Positions 34,408 to 43,419 of a DNA stretch of 64,000 nt are shown here, piece by piece; position 1 is the stretch's first letter; each line of letters begins with the position of its first letter. The stretch spans positions 901-64,900 of the forward strand of contig WAOK01000002.1 in the NCBI GenBank assembly GCA_015521325.1, given 5' to 3'. Below the pieces are notes generated by a model, which made no database searches, had not been told where the DNA came from, and saw only the letters and a list, made by a program, of their open reading frames with translations. This DNA is from Desulfurococcales archaeon (GTDB lineage Archaea; Thermoproteota; Thermoprotei_A; Sulfolobales; NBVN01). The translations under genes were made by a program, and so were the position numbers.

Positions 34408-35808
34408 ATGATACCCGACGAGCTGTTCTCACCAAGGTCCGTGGCGGTCGTCGGCGCGTCAGAGCGGGAGGGCTCAGTGGGGAGGGCGATAATGGAGAAC
34501 CTTATCGAGAGGTTCAAGGGAACAATATATCCCGTCAACATCCGGAGGAAGACTGTACTTGGTCTGAGGGCCTACCAGAGGCTCAGCGAGCTCCCAGAAG
34601 CACCCGACCTTGTAGTTGTAGCTATACCCGCTAAGTTCGTGCCGGAAGTAATTAAGGAGGCTGGCAAGGTCGGGGCTAAGGCAGCCATAGTTATTAGTGC
34701 TGGCTTCAAGGAGGTAGGGCCAAAAGGCGCCAAGCTCGAGGAGGAACTCGTTAGGGCCGCTAGGGAGGCGGGGCTGAGGGTCCTCGGCCCTAACTGCCTT
34801 GGAGTTTACGATGCCCACACAGGCCTTGACACGATCTTTAACCCAAGCGATAGGCAGGGGAAGCCAGGCCCCGGTAATGTAGCGTTCATTTCTCAGTCAG
34901 GGGCTCTTGGTGCAGCAATACTTGACTGGCTGCATGAGTCCGGGATTGGGATGAGCAAGTTCATCAGCTACGGGAATGCTGCCGACATAAAGGAGTGGGA
35001 ACTCATAGAGTACCTGGCCCACGACCCGAAGACAGGCGTAATAGGTGCCTACATTGAGGGTGTAGAGGACGGGAGGGCGTTCATGCATGCCATAAAGGAG
35101 GCCGTTAAAGCAAGGAAGCCTGTAGTTGTTCTGAAGGCAGGAAAGTCAGAGAGGGGGGCGAGGGCCGTATCATCACACACAGGCTCTCTCGCAGGGTCAT
35201 ACAGGGTCTATGAAGCCGCCCTCAAACAGGCCGGCGCAATAATAGTTAATGAGCTTAACGACCTCATCGTGGCCTTGAAGACCCTCTCATGGCTTCCTGC
35301 AGCGAAGGGCGACAGAATAGGTATAGTAACTAATGGAGGCGGTGCTGGGGTTCTCGCCACCGATGCCATAGAGCTAAGTGGGCTGAGGATGGCGGACCTG
35401 TCGAGCGACACGATCCGCTACTTAAGGGAGAGGCTCCCGCCAGCAGCTGCTGTCGGCAACCCCGTTGATGTGCTGGGGGACGCGCCACCAGAGAGGTACG
35501 AGGTCGCTGTCGACGCTGTTATGGCCGATCCGGGCGTTGATGCAGTGCTGGTGATAGGGATTATGCAGTCCCCTGCCTTCAAGCCTAGGGAGACAATGGA
35601 GGCTGTGAGGTCTGCGGTAAGGAGGCACGGGAAGCCTGTTGTGTTTGTTGGGCCAGGCGGCGAGTACACAACTAATAACCTGAAAATGATCGAGAGAGAG
35701 GCGGGGATACCGGCTTTTAAGACACCGGAGGAGGGTGTGAGGGCTCTGGGCTACCTCGTCACTTGGGGGAAGGTGCTGAGGGCCCATGGCGTGGGTGGGG
35801 AGAGGTAA
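34408..35808 (+). CDS. acdA: ADP-forming acetyl-CoA synthetase (NDP-forming acyl-CoA synthetase) alpha subunit
   Basis: CoA-binding N-terminus (SVAVVGASEREGSVG), LGPNCLG, and the phosphohistidine loop SHTGSLAG. Confidence 0.85.
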   Translation: MIPDELFSPRSVAVVGASEREGSVGRAIMENLIERFKGTIYPVNIRRKTVLGLRAYQRLSELPEAPDLVVVAIPAKFVPEVIKEAGKVGAKAAIVISAGFKEVGPKGAKLEEELVRAAREAGLRVLGPNCLGVYDAHTGLDTIFNPSDRQGKPGPGNVAFISQSGALGAAILDWLHESGIGMSKFISYGNAADIKEWELIEYLAHDPKTGVIGAYIEGVEDGRAFMHAIKEAVKARKPVVVLKAGKSERGARAVSSHTGSLAGSYRVYEAALKQAGAIIVNELNDLIVALKTLSWLPAAKGDRIGIVTNGGGAGVLATDAIELSGLRMADLSSDTIRYLRERLPPAAAVGNPVDVLGDAPPERYEVAVDAVMADPGVDAVLVIGIMQSPAFKPRETMEAVRSAVRRHGKPVVFVGPGGEYTTNNLKMIEREAGIPAFKTPEEGVRALGYLVTWGKVLRAHGVGGER

Positions 35809-36481
35809 GCAGGACGTCTCCGAGGTCGTGTATGACGAGGGTAGGTGGGAGCTCCTTCGTAGGCTGAGGGAGAAGGCCGCTAAGGTGATGGAGGCTCTGG
35901 CTAGGTGCGGGATCCCCTCAATAACTCACGGGTCTATAGCGAGGGGTGATGTGAGGCCCGGAAGCGATATCGATGTGGTTGTGCCGTTCCCCGTAGTACC
36001 GTCGAGGCTGGTCTCGTGCCTCGAGCTCATGGGTTTCCGTATCTACAGAGCCTGCGTCGTTAAGGCGACGCCAGCCCATACACCTAAGGTCTACTACGAC
36101 CTTGACTATGAAGGAAAAACCGTTGTCTCACACCCCCTAAGGGAGCTGAGCCCTAGGGAGAGGGAGTTCTACAAGTTCGGTGGCGAGATCGAACTTGAGG
36201 ATCTCGTGAGGGGGGTTCGGGTGCCTGGTGTCAATAAGGAGCTCAAGCTCATAGTGCCTACAGAGTATGGGCACCTCGAGTACCCCGTAATTGGCAACGA
36301 GCATTACGTTGCGGAGGTTGTTGGGGTGAGCCCGGAGACTGTGAGGGAGAGGGTGAGGATCCTGAGGAGGAGGGCGGAGATCGGGAGAACAGGTGTATTT
36401 CTTGAGGAGTGTGTAGGGCCTGAAGAAACTGTTGAGGGACTCGTGGCGAGGTTAGTTAAGTCGGGTAGGCTCAGCCTCTAG
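35786..36481 (+). CDS. nucleotidyltransferase-domain (Pol-beta superfamily) protein
   Basis: HGSIARGDVRPGSDIDVVV is the GSxxRGxxxxxSDxD minimal-NTase motif. A C-terminal extension of about 130 aa follows. Confidence 0.7.
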   Translation: MAWVGRGKQDVSEVVYDEGRWELLRRLREKAAKVMEALARCGIPSITHGSIARGDVRPGSDIDVVVPFPVVPSRLVSCLELMGFRIYRACVVKATPAHTPKVYYDLDYEGKTVVSHPLRELSPREREFYKFGGEIELEDLVRGVRVPGVNKELKLIVPTEYGHLEYPVIGNEHYVAEVVGVSPETVRERVRILRRRAEIGRTGVFLEECVGPEETVEGLVARLVKSGRLSL

Positions 36482-36950
36482 AGCGCTTCCTCCTAGCGGC
36501 TGACACCTTTACGAACCTTACTCTCGCAACCCCGTTCTTAACGCTGACCTCGACCGGTTTGGGTACGACGGGCTGCTCAGTAAATATGGTCTTAGTCACT
36601 CTGGAGCCTCTATACTTAAATTCGAGCTCAACATGCGTGAGACCGGAGTAGACAACCTTCAGATCATCCTCCCTCGACCCGGGTGCCTCGAGATAAACAA
36701 CTAGTTCATCCCCTTGATCCTCCACCTCGGCCGCTGGTTCAGCATCCTCGTATTCCTCGTAAACGATTGGGGCGTCAACTACCTCGCCAGATGATGCCAT
36801 GTCATAGACGCTGTCGCCGTGCCAGCTAGGCGCAGCCACTTCGTCATCTGGCCACTCGTCCCCTGGATCCCTACCCTTCCTCCTGCTCCTCCTCATACAC
36901 TCACACACTATTGTTTTGGGTACCGACGCTATAAATGTTGTAACTTTCAC
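36471..36950 (-). CDS. Hsp20/alpha-crystallin-like small protein with basic and acidic N-terminal extension
   Basis: ELVVYLEAPGSREDDLKVV...VSVKNGVARVRFVKV resembles the alpha-crystallin domain (ACD) pattern (vdlPG..kedi.v / nGvL.i...K). The start is uncertain (internal ATG near 36896 possible). Confidence 0.4.
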   Translation of the reverse strand: MKVTTFIASVPKTIVCECMRRSRRKGRDPGDEWPDDEVAAPSWHGDSVYDMASSGEVVDAPIVYEEYEDAEPAAEVEDQGDELVVYLEAPGSREDDLKVVYSGLTHVELEFKYRGSRVTKTIFTEQPVVPKPVEVSVKNGVARVRFVKVSAARRKRSRG

Positions 36951-37086
36951 CTAACTCCCCGTCTCTCCATAAAAAATCATGGATCAAAGAATCTCTTTAA
37001 ATAGGCTATTTACATAAGGTTACAACTACCAGCGATATCTCGCTCACGCTTAATTGCCTAAGAAACCGTCATAATGCGGTGGATGG

Positions 37087-37914
37087 GTGATGGTAACCAA
37101 GATTACTGAGGCACTCATAAGGGCTGTGGATGAAGCCCTAAACTACCTAAGGAGCGGGTCAGTCAGCAAAGAGATCGTAGGTAAGGGCGCTTTCGGGGAT
37201 GTGAGTAAGGGCTTCGACGTCGAATCAGAGAGGATAATCGCTGAAGGTGTGGCTAATTACCTGGGTAGTGCGATACTGTTTATTGGGGAGGAGCTCGGTA
37301 GGAGGATCATCGGCGAGGGAGAGCCGGAATGGGTTGTTATCGCCGACCCTGTTGACGGTAGTACGAACTACGACGTGGGCATACCGTGGGCATCAGTTGC
37401 TGTGGCAGCCGCACCATATAGAGGGGGCGCTACTGTTGGCGACGTGACCTCCGCCGTTGTGGCCGAGGTGTTCAGGGATTTGAAGTATGTCTTTGACTCC
37501 GGCAATGTCACAGTCAATGAGTCACCGCCCCAGCGGAGGTATCCGCCAAAAGCTATGCTCCTCGGGTACTTTGAGGTACCTGAGGCATACAAGCCCGTAC
37601 CAGTTTATTGGAGGATAAGAGGTGGGAGGGCTGCCTTAAGATCCCTTGGCTCCGCCGCGCTGGACATAATATATGTTGGGTTAGGCCGCGCTGAAGGCTT
37701 CATAGACGCTCGTGCTAAGCTGAGAAACGTCGATATAGCGGCCTCAGTCTCGATAGCGACGGCTCTCGGGAGTGATGCACTAGCATGTGATGGTTCACCT
37801 ATTTCTGATGTTAGGATAGATACCCTCGTTAGAGTTCCGTGTATAGTGGTCGGCTACGACAAGAAGAGGGCCGAGGCCCTGTTAAAGGCCGTGCACGAGG
37901 CCTTAGGTACATAA
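37087..37914 (+). CDS. suhB: inositol monophosphatase / fructose-1,6-bisphosphatase family protein
   Basis: FIGEE, VIADPVDGSTNY (DPxDGT motif) and the LGSAALD segment. Confidence 0.8.
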   Translation: MMVTKITEALIRAVDEALNYLRSGSVSKEIVGKGAFGDVSKGFDVESERIIAEGVANYLGSAILFIGEELGRRIIGEGEPEWVVIADPVDGSTNYDVGIPWASVAVAAAPYRGGATVGDVTSAVVAEVFRDLKYVFDSGNVTVNESPPQRRYPPKAMLLGYFEVPEAYKPVPVYWRIRGGRAALRSLGSAALDIIYVGLGRAEGFIDARAKLRNVDIAASVSIATALGSDALACDGSPISDVRIDTLVRVPCIVVGYDKKRAEALLKAVHEALGT

Positions 37915-37931
37915 AAAGGGATCGTGAATTT

Positions 37932-38675
37932 TCAGGTTGTTTGGAAGAATAGCTTCTCAACGCCCTCCTCGAGAAGGGTCTTGGGCTCCGCCTCACGTAC
38001 TATCCTCCCACTAACTAGGACATAGGCCCTGTCAGCTACCTCCAAGGCCTTGTGTACGTTCTGCTCGACCACAAGTATCGTCACGCCCTTGTCCCTAATC
38101 TCAGCGATCTTCTTCATTAGTATGGACGCTGCTTTAGGGGCCAGGCCCGTCGTGGGTTCGTCGAGCAGCAATATCTTTGGCCTGGACATCAGTGCCCTGG
38201 CAACGGCGAGCATCTGCCTTTCGCCGCCGGACAGTGTCCTAGCTTTCTGGTGCTTCCTCCTAGCTATTTCCGGGAAGAGCTGGAACACTTCCTCAATATC
38301 TTTCTCAACGTCTGGGTCGCTCCCTCGGAGGTACGCCCCCATCTGGAGGTTCTCCAGTACTGTCATGTTAGGGAAGACGTTGTTGAGCTGTGGAGCATAC
38401 CCTAGCCCGAGCCTCACTATCCTGTAGGGCTTCAGTCCGACAATGCTCTGCCCCCTGAACCTTATTTCCCCAGCATGGATCGTTGTGAGGCCGAAGATCG
38501 TGTTGAGCAGGGTCGTCTTTCCGGCCCCGTTCGGGCCCAGCACCGCCACTATTTCCCCCTCATTCACATCCAGGTCTATGCCGTGAAGTATCTCCATCTT
38601 CCCGTAACCGGAACGGAGCCCGCTTATCTCGAGTATTCTCCCGTCTACCATCTCAACCACCCAGGTAGGCCTCAA
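37932..38675 (-). CDS. livF: branched-chain amino acid ABC transporter ATP-binding protein (LivF type)
   Basis: Walker A GPNGAGKTT, signature LSGGERQML, Walker B LLLDEPT. Last gene of the liv-like operon. Confidence 0.9.
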   Translation of the reverse strand: MRPTWVVEMVDGRILEISGLRSGYGKMEILHGIDLDVNEGEIVAVLGPNGAGKTTLLNTIFGLTTIHAGEIRFRGQSIVGLKPYRIVRLGLGYAPQLNNVFPNMTVLENLQMGAYLRGSDPDVEKDIEEVFQLFPEIARRKHQKARTLSGGERQMLAVARALMSRPKILLLDEPTTGLAPKAASILMKKIAEIRDKGVTILVVEQNVHKALEVADRAYVLVSGRIVREAEPKTLLEEGVEKLFFQTT

Positions 38676-39414
38676 TGACTGCCTTGTTCTGGACTACCTC
38701 GTCGGGCTTACCCTCAGCCAGGAGCTTCCCGTTGTGGAGGACGTACACGTAGTCAACGAACTCCATCAGTACCTCAAGCCTGTGCTCGATTATGAAGAAG
38801 GTTAGGCCTTCCTCGTCCCTTAGTCTCCTTACGAATGAGAACATCTCTTTGGCCATGTCGTAGGCGACGCCAGCGGCTGGTTCGTCGAGGAGGTAGAGCT
38901 TGGCGTCTGTCATGAGCCCTCTTATAGTCTCTAGAAGCTTGATGTGAGCGGCCGATAGCTCGCTCACGCTCGCGTGTATATAGTCGCCTAGGCCGAACCT
39001 CTTCAGGAGTCTCACCGCTTTCCTAGCCAGCTCCCTTTCCTGCTTCTCCCACTTACTCCTTATGGGTGCGTAAAGGGGCCTCTCACCTATCTGGTTAGGG
39101 GGTGTGAGCAGCACGTTCTCCAGCACAGTCAACGACGGGAACAGCCTCGGTATCTGGAACGTCCTGACTATCCCCTTCAGGTAGACCTCGTTCGGGTTAA
39201 GGCCGTCTATGCGCTCGCCCTCGAACCATACCTCGCCCCTGGTCGGCACGTAGAACCCGGTGATGACGTTGAACAGTGTTGTTTTCCCGGAGCCGTTCGG
39301 CCCTATCAACCCTATCATCCCCCCTCTCGGCACTGAGAGGGTGACGCCGTCGAGGGCCTTAACCCCGCCGAAGTACTTAGCCACGTCCTTTACCTCGAGT
39401 ATCGGGTCAGCCAT
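38653..39414 (-). CDS. livG: branched-chain amino acid ABC transporter ATP-binding protein (LivG type)
   Basis: Walker A GPNGSGKTT, Walker B LYLLDEPAAG, and a LivG-like C-terminal segment (VIEAYLG). Confidence 0.9.
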   Translation of the reverse strand: MADPILEVKDVAKYFGGVKALDGVTLSVPRGGMIGLIGPNGSGKTTLFNVITGFYVPTRGEVWFEGERIDGLNPNEVYLKGIVRTFQIPRLFPSLTVLENVLLTPPNQIGERPLYAPIRSKWEKQERELARKAVRLLKRFGLGDYIHASVSELSAAHIKLLETIRGLMTDAKLYLLDEPAAGVAYDMAKEMFSFVRRLRDEEGLTFFIIEHRLEVLMEFVDYVYVLHNGKLLAEGKPDEVVQNKAVIEAYLGG

Positions 39415-40453
39415 CCTTACCCACCTCCTCCTTCACCGCTTCCCAGGCAGGTGTCTTGATCGGTCTAGCGGGCTTGATGCCCTCAGGCCTGAACATCAGG
39501 ACCAGCACTATCACCAGGCCCACGATCATCCACCTGAGGTAATTCGGCGGTATGATCAGGCTCGGGCCCATCATGCCCGCGGCGAACGTCAGTGCCCTAT
39601 CCACTAGAGTGAACACTGCCGCACCCAACAACGCGCCGAGGTTGTTGCCCATGCCGCCAAGGATCACCATCGCCCAGACGTAGAACGTGAGTATCGGGAC
39701 GAACGTGTCTGGCTGGACTGACCCCTGATAGAATGTCCACAACACACCAGCGACGCCGGCCATGCCCGAAGCGATGAAGAAGACTGTCGCCTTCACCCTA
39801 GGCACGTGCTTGCCTAGGCAGAGGGCGGCAACCTCATCATCCTTTATGGCCCTCAAGGTCCTCCCGAGGGGTGAGTTCACGAAACGCTCAGCATATACGT
39901 AGACTGCCAGCAGGAGTCCAAGGGCTACTAAGGCAAAGAGCCCCTGGGATAGCAAGGAGTTACCCAGCCACACGAAGGGGTTGTTTAGTCCGAACAACCC
40001 CTTCGTGCTTCCTAAGGGCTCGTAGTTCCTCATGAACACCCTGAACATCTCGCCGAACGCCAGCACCGTGATGCCGAGGAAAGCTGGGCCAACCCTTAGG
40101 GTGGGGTATGTTATGAGATATCCCACAGCACCCGCCACCAGGAACGCCAGCACTAGGGACAGTACGAATAGCCCTACCAGAGCCGCTGGGTGGGTGTATA
40201 GGGCGCCGGTGCCCTCGGTACTCAGTGCCTGCACCGCTTCTATGGAGTAAAGCGGGACGTTCTTCCCGACCAGCGACAGCATCACCGATATCGTGAGTGC
40301 TGCGGAAAGGTAGGCACCTATGGCATAAAACGCTACCTTGCCGAAGTTGGCCATTCCTGTGTACCCTATCTCCAGGTTGAGGGATATCGAGAGTATCCCG
40401 TATATAGCGAATATGGGGAGCCAGGAGATCAGGAAGCCTATTATGGACTCCAT
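39407..40453 (-). CDS. livM: branched-chain amino acid ABC transporter permease (LivM type)
   Basis: Polytopic membrane protein. GYTGMANFGKVAFYAIGAY matches the LivM G.aG..slG.aaF..iGAY motif. Confidence 0.85.
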   Translation of the reverse strand: MESIIGFLISWLPIFAIYGILSISLNLEIGYTGMANFGKVAFYAIGAYLSAALTISVMLSLVGKNVPLYSIEAVQALSTEGTGALYTHPAALVGLFVLSLVLAFLVAGAVGYLITYPTLRVGPAFLGITVLAFGEMFRVFMRNYEPLGSTKGLFGLNNPFVWLGNSLLSQGLFALVALGLLLAVYVYAERFVNSPLGRTLRAIKDDEVAALCLGKHVPRVKATVFFIASGMAGVAGVLWTFYQGSVQPDTFVPILTFYVWAMVILGGMGNNLGALLGAAVFTLVDRALTFAAGMMGPSLIIPPNYLRWMIVGLVIVLVLMFRPEGIKPARPIKTPAWEAVKEEVGKDG

Positions 40454-40459
40454 ACCGAC

Positions 40460-41407
40460 TCACCTCCTAGACCTGTGCCTTACCCGGAACCTGTAGGGCA
40501 GGCCTCCGCCAGCGCCTAGCGGGGGCCATATCAGTATCACCACCAACAGGACCAAGAACACTAGGAATGGCCTGAAGCTTAGGGGCAGGCCGAAGGCGTC
40601 GTGTAGCACAGCTATCACTATGTTCTCAGTGCCCGACACGATGAACGCACCGATCGCTGTCTTCGTCAGTGAGTAGAGGCCGCCGATGACGGCTATTGAG
40701 AACACCTGAAGGATTATCTGATCGCCGATCTCCGGCGTTACAGTGGTCTGGAAGAGTGCCCAGAGCACGCCACCTACAGCTGCTATCCCGCCTGACAGGA
40801 ACCACATGAAGTTGAGTACTCTTCCCCTAGGTATTCCCGAGATCTCCGCGAGCACCTGGTTGTCGGCTATGGCTCTTATAGCCTTGCCTATCCTGGTCCT
40901 CATGAGGATGAGGTAAAGGGCTAGAGATACTATTACTGAGGCGACGACTGTGTCTATGAGGTAGCCGTCGATTGTTATGCCCCCCAAAGACACGCTCGGG
41001 AAACCCTCAGTGTGTACTAGGACTGAGAGCGTGTTAGTCCTGAGGACTATGAAGAGCTTGTCGAGTACTGCGTAGATGAGGTACTTGTAGAATATCCAGA
41101 GCCCGAGGGAAGCGACCATGATGATCAGTACGTCACTCCCCCTGCGCCAGAGGGGCTCGAACACCGCCACGTTATCCAGCACTGCGAGGGCGCCGCCCAA
41201 TAGGAACGCGGCGCCCATGGCTATCCAGACGTTCGTGAGGCCGACTAGTCCCAATAAAGCTACAGTGTATGCCCCTAGAGTGATGAAGATAATGTGGACG
41301 AAGTTAATGACTTGAGTGACCCTGTAGCTGAGGGTCAAGGGAAGAGCTATCACCATGTATGCTAGGCCCATCTGCACTGTGTTGAGTATTTCGGACACGC
41401 CTACCAT
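40460..41407 (-). CDS. livH: branched-chain amino acid ABC transporter permease (LivH type)
   Basis: Polytopic membrane protein. RTRIGKAIRAIADNQVLAEISGI matches the LivH conserved loop. Confidence 0.85.
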   Translation of the reverse strand: MVGVSEILNTVQMGLAYMVIALPLTLSYRVTQVINFVHIIFITLGAYTVALLGLVGLTNVWIAMGAAFLLGGALAVLDNVAVFEPLWRRGSDVLIIMVASLGLWIFYKYLIYAVLDKLFIVLRTNTLSVLVHTEGFPSVSLGGITIDGYLIDTVVASVIVSLALYLILMRTRIGKAIRAIADNQVLAEISGIPRGRVLNFMWFLSGGIAAVGGVLWALFQTTVTPEIGDQIILQVFSIAVIGGLYSLTKTAIGAFIVSGTENIVIAVLHDAFGLPLSFRPFLVFLVLLVVILIWPPLGAGGGLPYRFRVRHRSRR

Positions 41408-41485
41408 GATATATCACCCGATTTCCCTTCGTGCGTGGTCGGTGGGTTACGGATTAGGGAGATACTGAGTTCTTGGTCTAATGAC

Positions 41486-41516
41486 AATAAAAATGTGATT
41501 CGGAATTCGGTGTTTT
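41486..41516 (-). terminator. possible intra-operon terminator/attenuator after the binding-protein gene
   Basis: On the coding (-) strand the livK-like stop is followed by the CCGAATTCCGAAT repeat and then a T5 run (plus-strand A5 at 41489-41493) inside a 115-bp gap. Oligo-T is the known archaeal termination signal. Confidence 0.3.
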
Positions 41517-41522
41517 GGCCCG

Positions 41523-42773
41523 TCACGGGTTCTCCGTAAACGTCAGGGAGCCGCCTGAGTAGGTCCCTATGTCGACGTACTTGTACTCGCCATCTACTTG
41601 CTTTATGGTCCAGATAGAGTAGTCCTGGAAGGCCCTGTCGCCGTTCTCGTCAAGGATGCACCAGCCGCTGGCCCCATAGAAGTGCTTAGCGACCTCTGGT
41701 AGTGCATTCTTTATTGCTTCACCGTCGTAGGTGCCCGCCCTAACTATCGCCCAGCCAGCCAGGAAGACAGCGTCGTAGAGCTTCTCAGAGAAGACCGGTG
41801 GGTCAGTGCCGGTCAGTTCCTCGAACTTCTTCTTGAACTCCTCGTACAGCGGGTTAGATATGAAGACCGGCCTAGTACCCATGAAGTCTATGCTGTCAAG
41901 CCACTCAGCCAGCGACGGCTGGAGAAGTTCTGAGGCGCCGTGGATACCCTCGCCGCTGAACCACCTAATCTGCGAGAGAACCGGGTCATCCTTAGCGTGT
42001 GAGAGGATGTTCGCTCCGTCGGTGTCGAACGAGATCAGGACGACGGCCTCAGCACCCTCGCTCTGAACCTTGGAGGAGAGCGACGCTACCTCAGAGGCGA
42101 AGTCCGCTAGGTTGCTGGCGTAGGAGAGGAGCACCGCCTGGCCGCCCAGGGCCTCGAACTCCCTCTTGAAGAAGTCGGCGAAGGCGGTGCCGTATTCGTC
42201 GTCTCTGTAGAAGACGACGACCTTCTTTATGCCCTCGTGATTCACCAGGGCCGCAAGGGCCTTAGCCTGAAGGGCGTCGCTGCCGGTGTTCCTGAATATG
42301 TAGTCGTTCGGGATCGCCAGTGTAGGTGCGGTCGATGATGGCGAGATTATGACTATGTGGTTGGAGTCCGCGAAGGACTTAACCGCCTTGACCTGTGAGC
42401 TGGCGGCCGGGCCTATCACCACCTTGATCCCCTGCTGAGCAAACGTCTGCACGTTCTGGAGGGCCTTTTCCTCGGTTGTGCCGTCATCTAGAACCACGGC
42501 CTCGAACCTGTAGGGGAGGTGGTAGGACTCCATCATCTTGTTGAGGTCGTCGACCGCCATGTACGCTACCTTCTCCCAGAGCTTACCGATCGATGAGAGC
42601 TGCCCTGACAGCGGGAGGCTGAAACCTATCTTGTACGTCACTGTCTTCTGCTCCTCTTCTTGAGTGGTGGCCTGTCCCCCGCCTGTGAAGGCTGTAGCTC
42701 CGTACCCGATGGCTGCCCCTATGATCAGGCCGAGGATTAGTAGGCCTATTGCTTTCGTATCCAGCGCCATCAT
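41523..42773 (-). CDS. livK: branched-chain/general amino acid ABC transporter substrate-binding protein
   Basis: N-terminal TM/signal anchor, then a type I periplasmic-binding-protein pattern (YKIGFSLPLSGQLSSIGK, VIGPAASS). GGTGAT SD just upstream of the ATGATG start. Confidence 0.85.
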   Translation of the reverse strand: MMALDTKAIGLLILGLIIGAAIGYGATAFTGGGQATTQEEEQKTVTYKIGFSLPLSGQLSSIGKLWEKVAYMAVDDLNKMMESYHLPYRFEAVVLDDGTTEEKALQNVQTFAQQGIKVVIGPAASSQVKAVKSFADSNHIVIISPSSTAPTLAIPNDYIFRNTGSDALQAKALAALVNHEGIKKVVVFYRDDEYGTAFADFFKREFEALGGQAVLLSYASNLADFASEVASLSSKVQSEGAEAVVLISFDTDGANILSHAKDDPVLSQIRWFSGEGIHGASELLQPSLAEWLDSIDFMGTRPVFISNPLYEEFKKKFEELTGTDPPVFSEKLYDAVFLAGWAIVRAGTYDGEAIKNALPEVAKHFYGASGWCILDENGDRAFQDYSIWTIKQVDGEYKYVDIGTYSGGSLTFTENP

Positions 42774-43011
42774 ACATCACCTTATGAGTTCTTGATATAT
42801 TGGCTCGGGGAATCATTATATAAGTTTTATTAACTGACCCAGGTTAACCACTAATTATTAGATAGGTCAAGAATGGGATGAAATAGACGTTTCTGGCATA
42901 AAGCCTGTTGGATCGATATCGTTTATTCTTAAATATTCCCTATTTATTAATTCCTCATGAAAACCCGAGATAATGCTATTGAACAAAAATTCTAAATCCT
43001 TCGCTGAAGAA
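42774..43011. promoter_or_regulatory. AT-rich promoter region of the liv-like operon
   Basis: A 238-bp AT-rich island. The coding-strand CTTATATAATG lies about 40 nt upstream of the start. Confidence 0.4.
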
Positions 43012-43371
43012 TTAATGTCCTTTTTCTGCGGCTAACCTTTCTTCGAAGTACTTACGAAGTCCCTCTTCGCCCAATTTTTTAAATTCTTCTGCAAGGACGT
43101 CCCTCTCCTCTGGGTGTTTTATGAAATAATAGACCGAGTATGAGCATATCGGCACTACTTTTAGACCTTTCTGTCTCGCGTCCTGAACTGCCTTCCTAAC
43201 TAGGGCTTTGGCTATACCCTTACCTCTGTGTTGTGGCGGCGTATATGTCTCGACCAGCTCCATCACTCCTTTCGCGGGATCTTCCCTAATGGCTAGGTAT
43301 GCTTTAGAACCGTCCTCGAACCTTACGAAGTAGACACTTCCTTTTCTCTCGACGACGATCTCGTTGCTCAT
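43012..43371 (-). CDS. small GNAT-family N-acetyltransferase (YjdJ-like)
   Basis: TYTPPQHRGKGIAKALV...KVVPICSYSVYYFIKHPE matches the Acetyltransf_CG pattern. Confidence 0.75.
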   Translation of the reverse strand: MSNEIVVERKGSVYFVRFEDGSKAYLAIREDPAKGVMELVETYTPPQHRGKGIAKALVRKAVQDARQKGLKVVPICSYSVYYFIKHPEERDVLAEEFKKLGEEGLRKYFEERLAAEKGH

Positions 43372-43419
43372 ATTGCTGTCCCTTACTCCTTTAACGGGGT
43401 TAAATAAAAAGGGTGGTAC

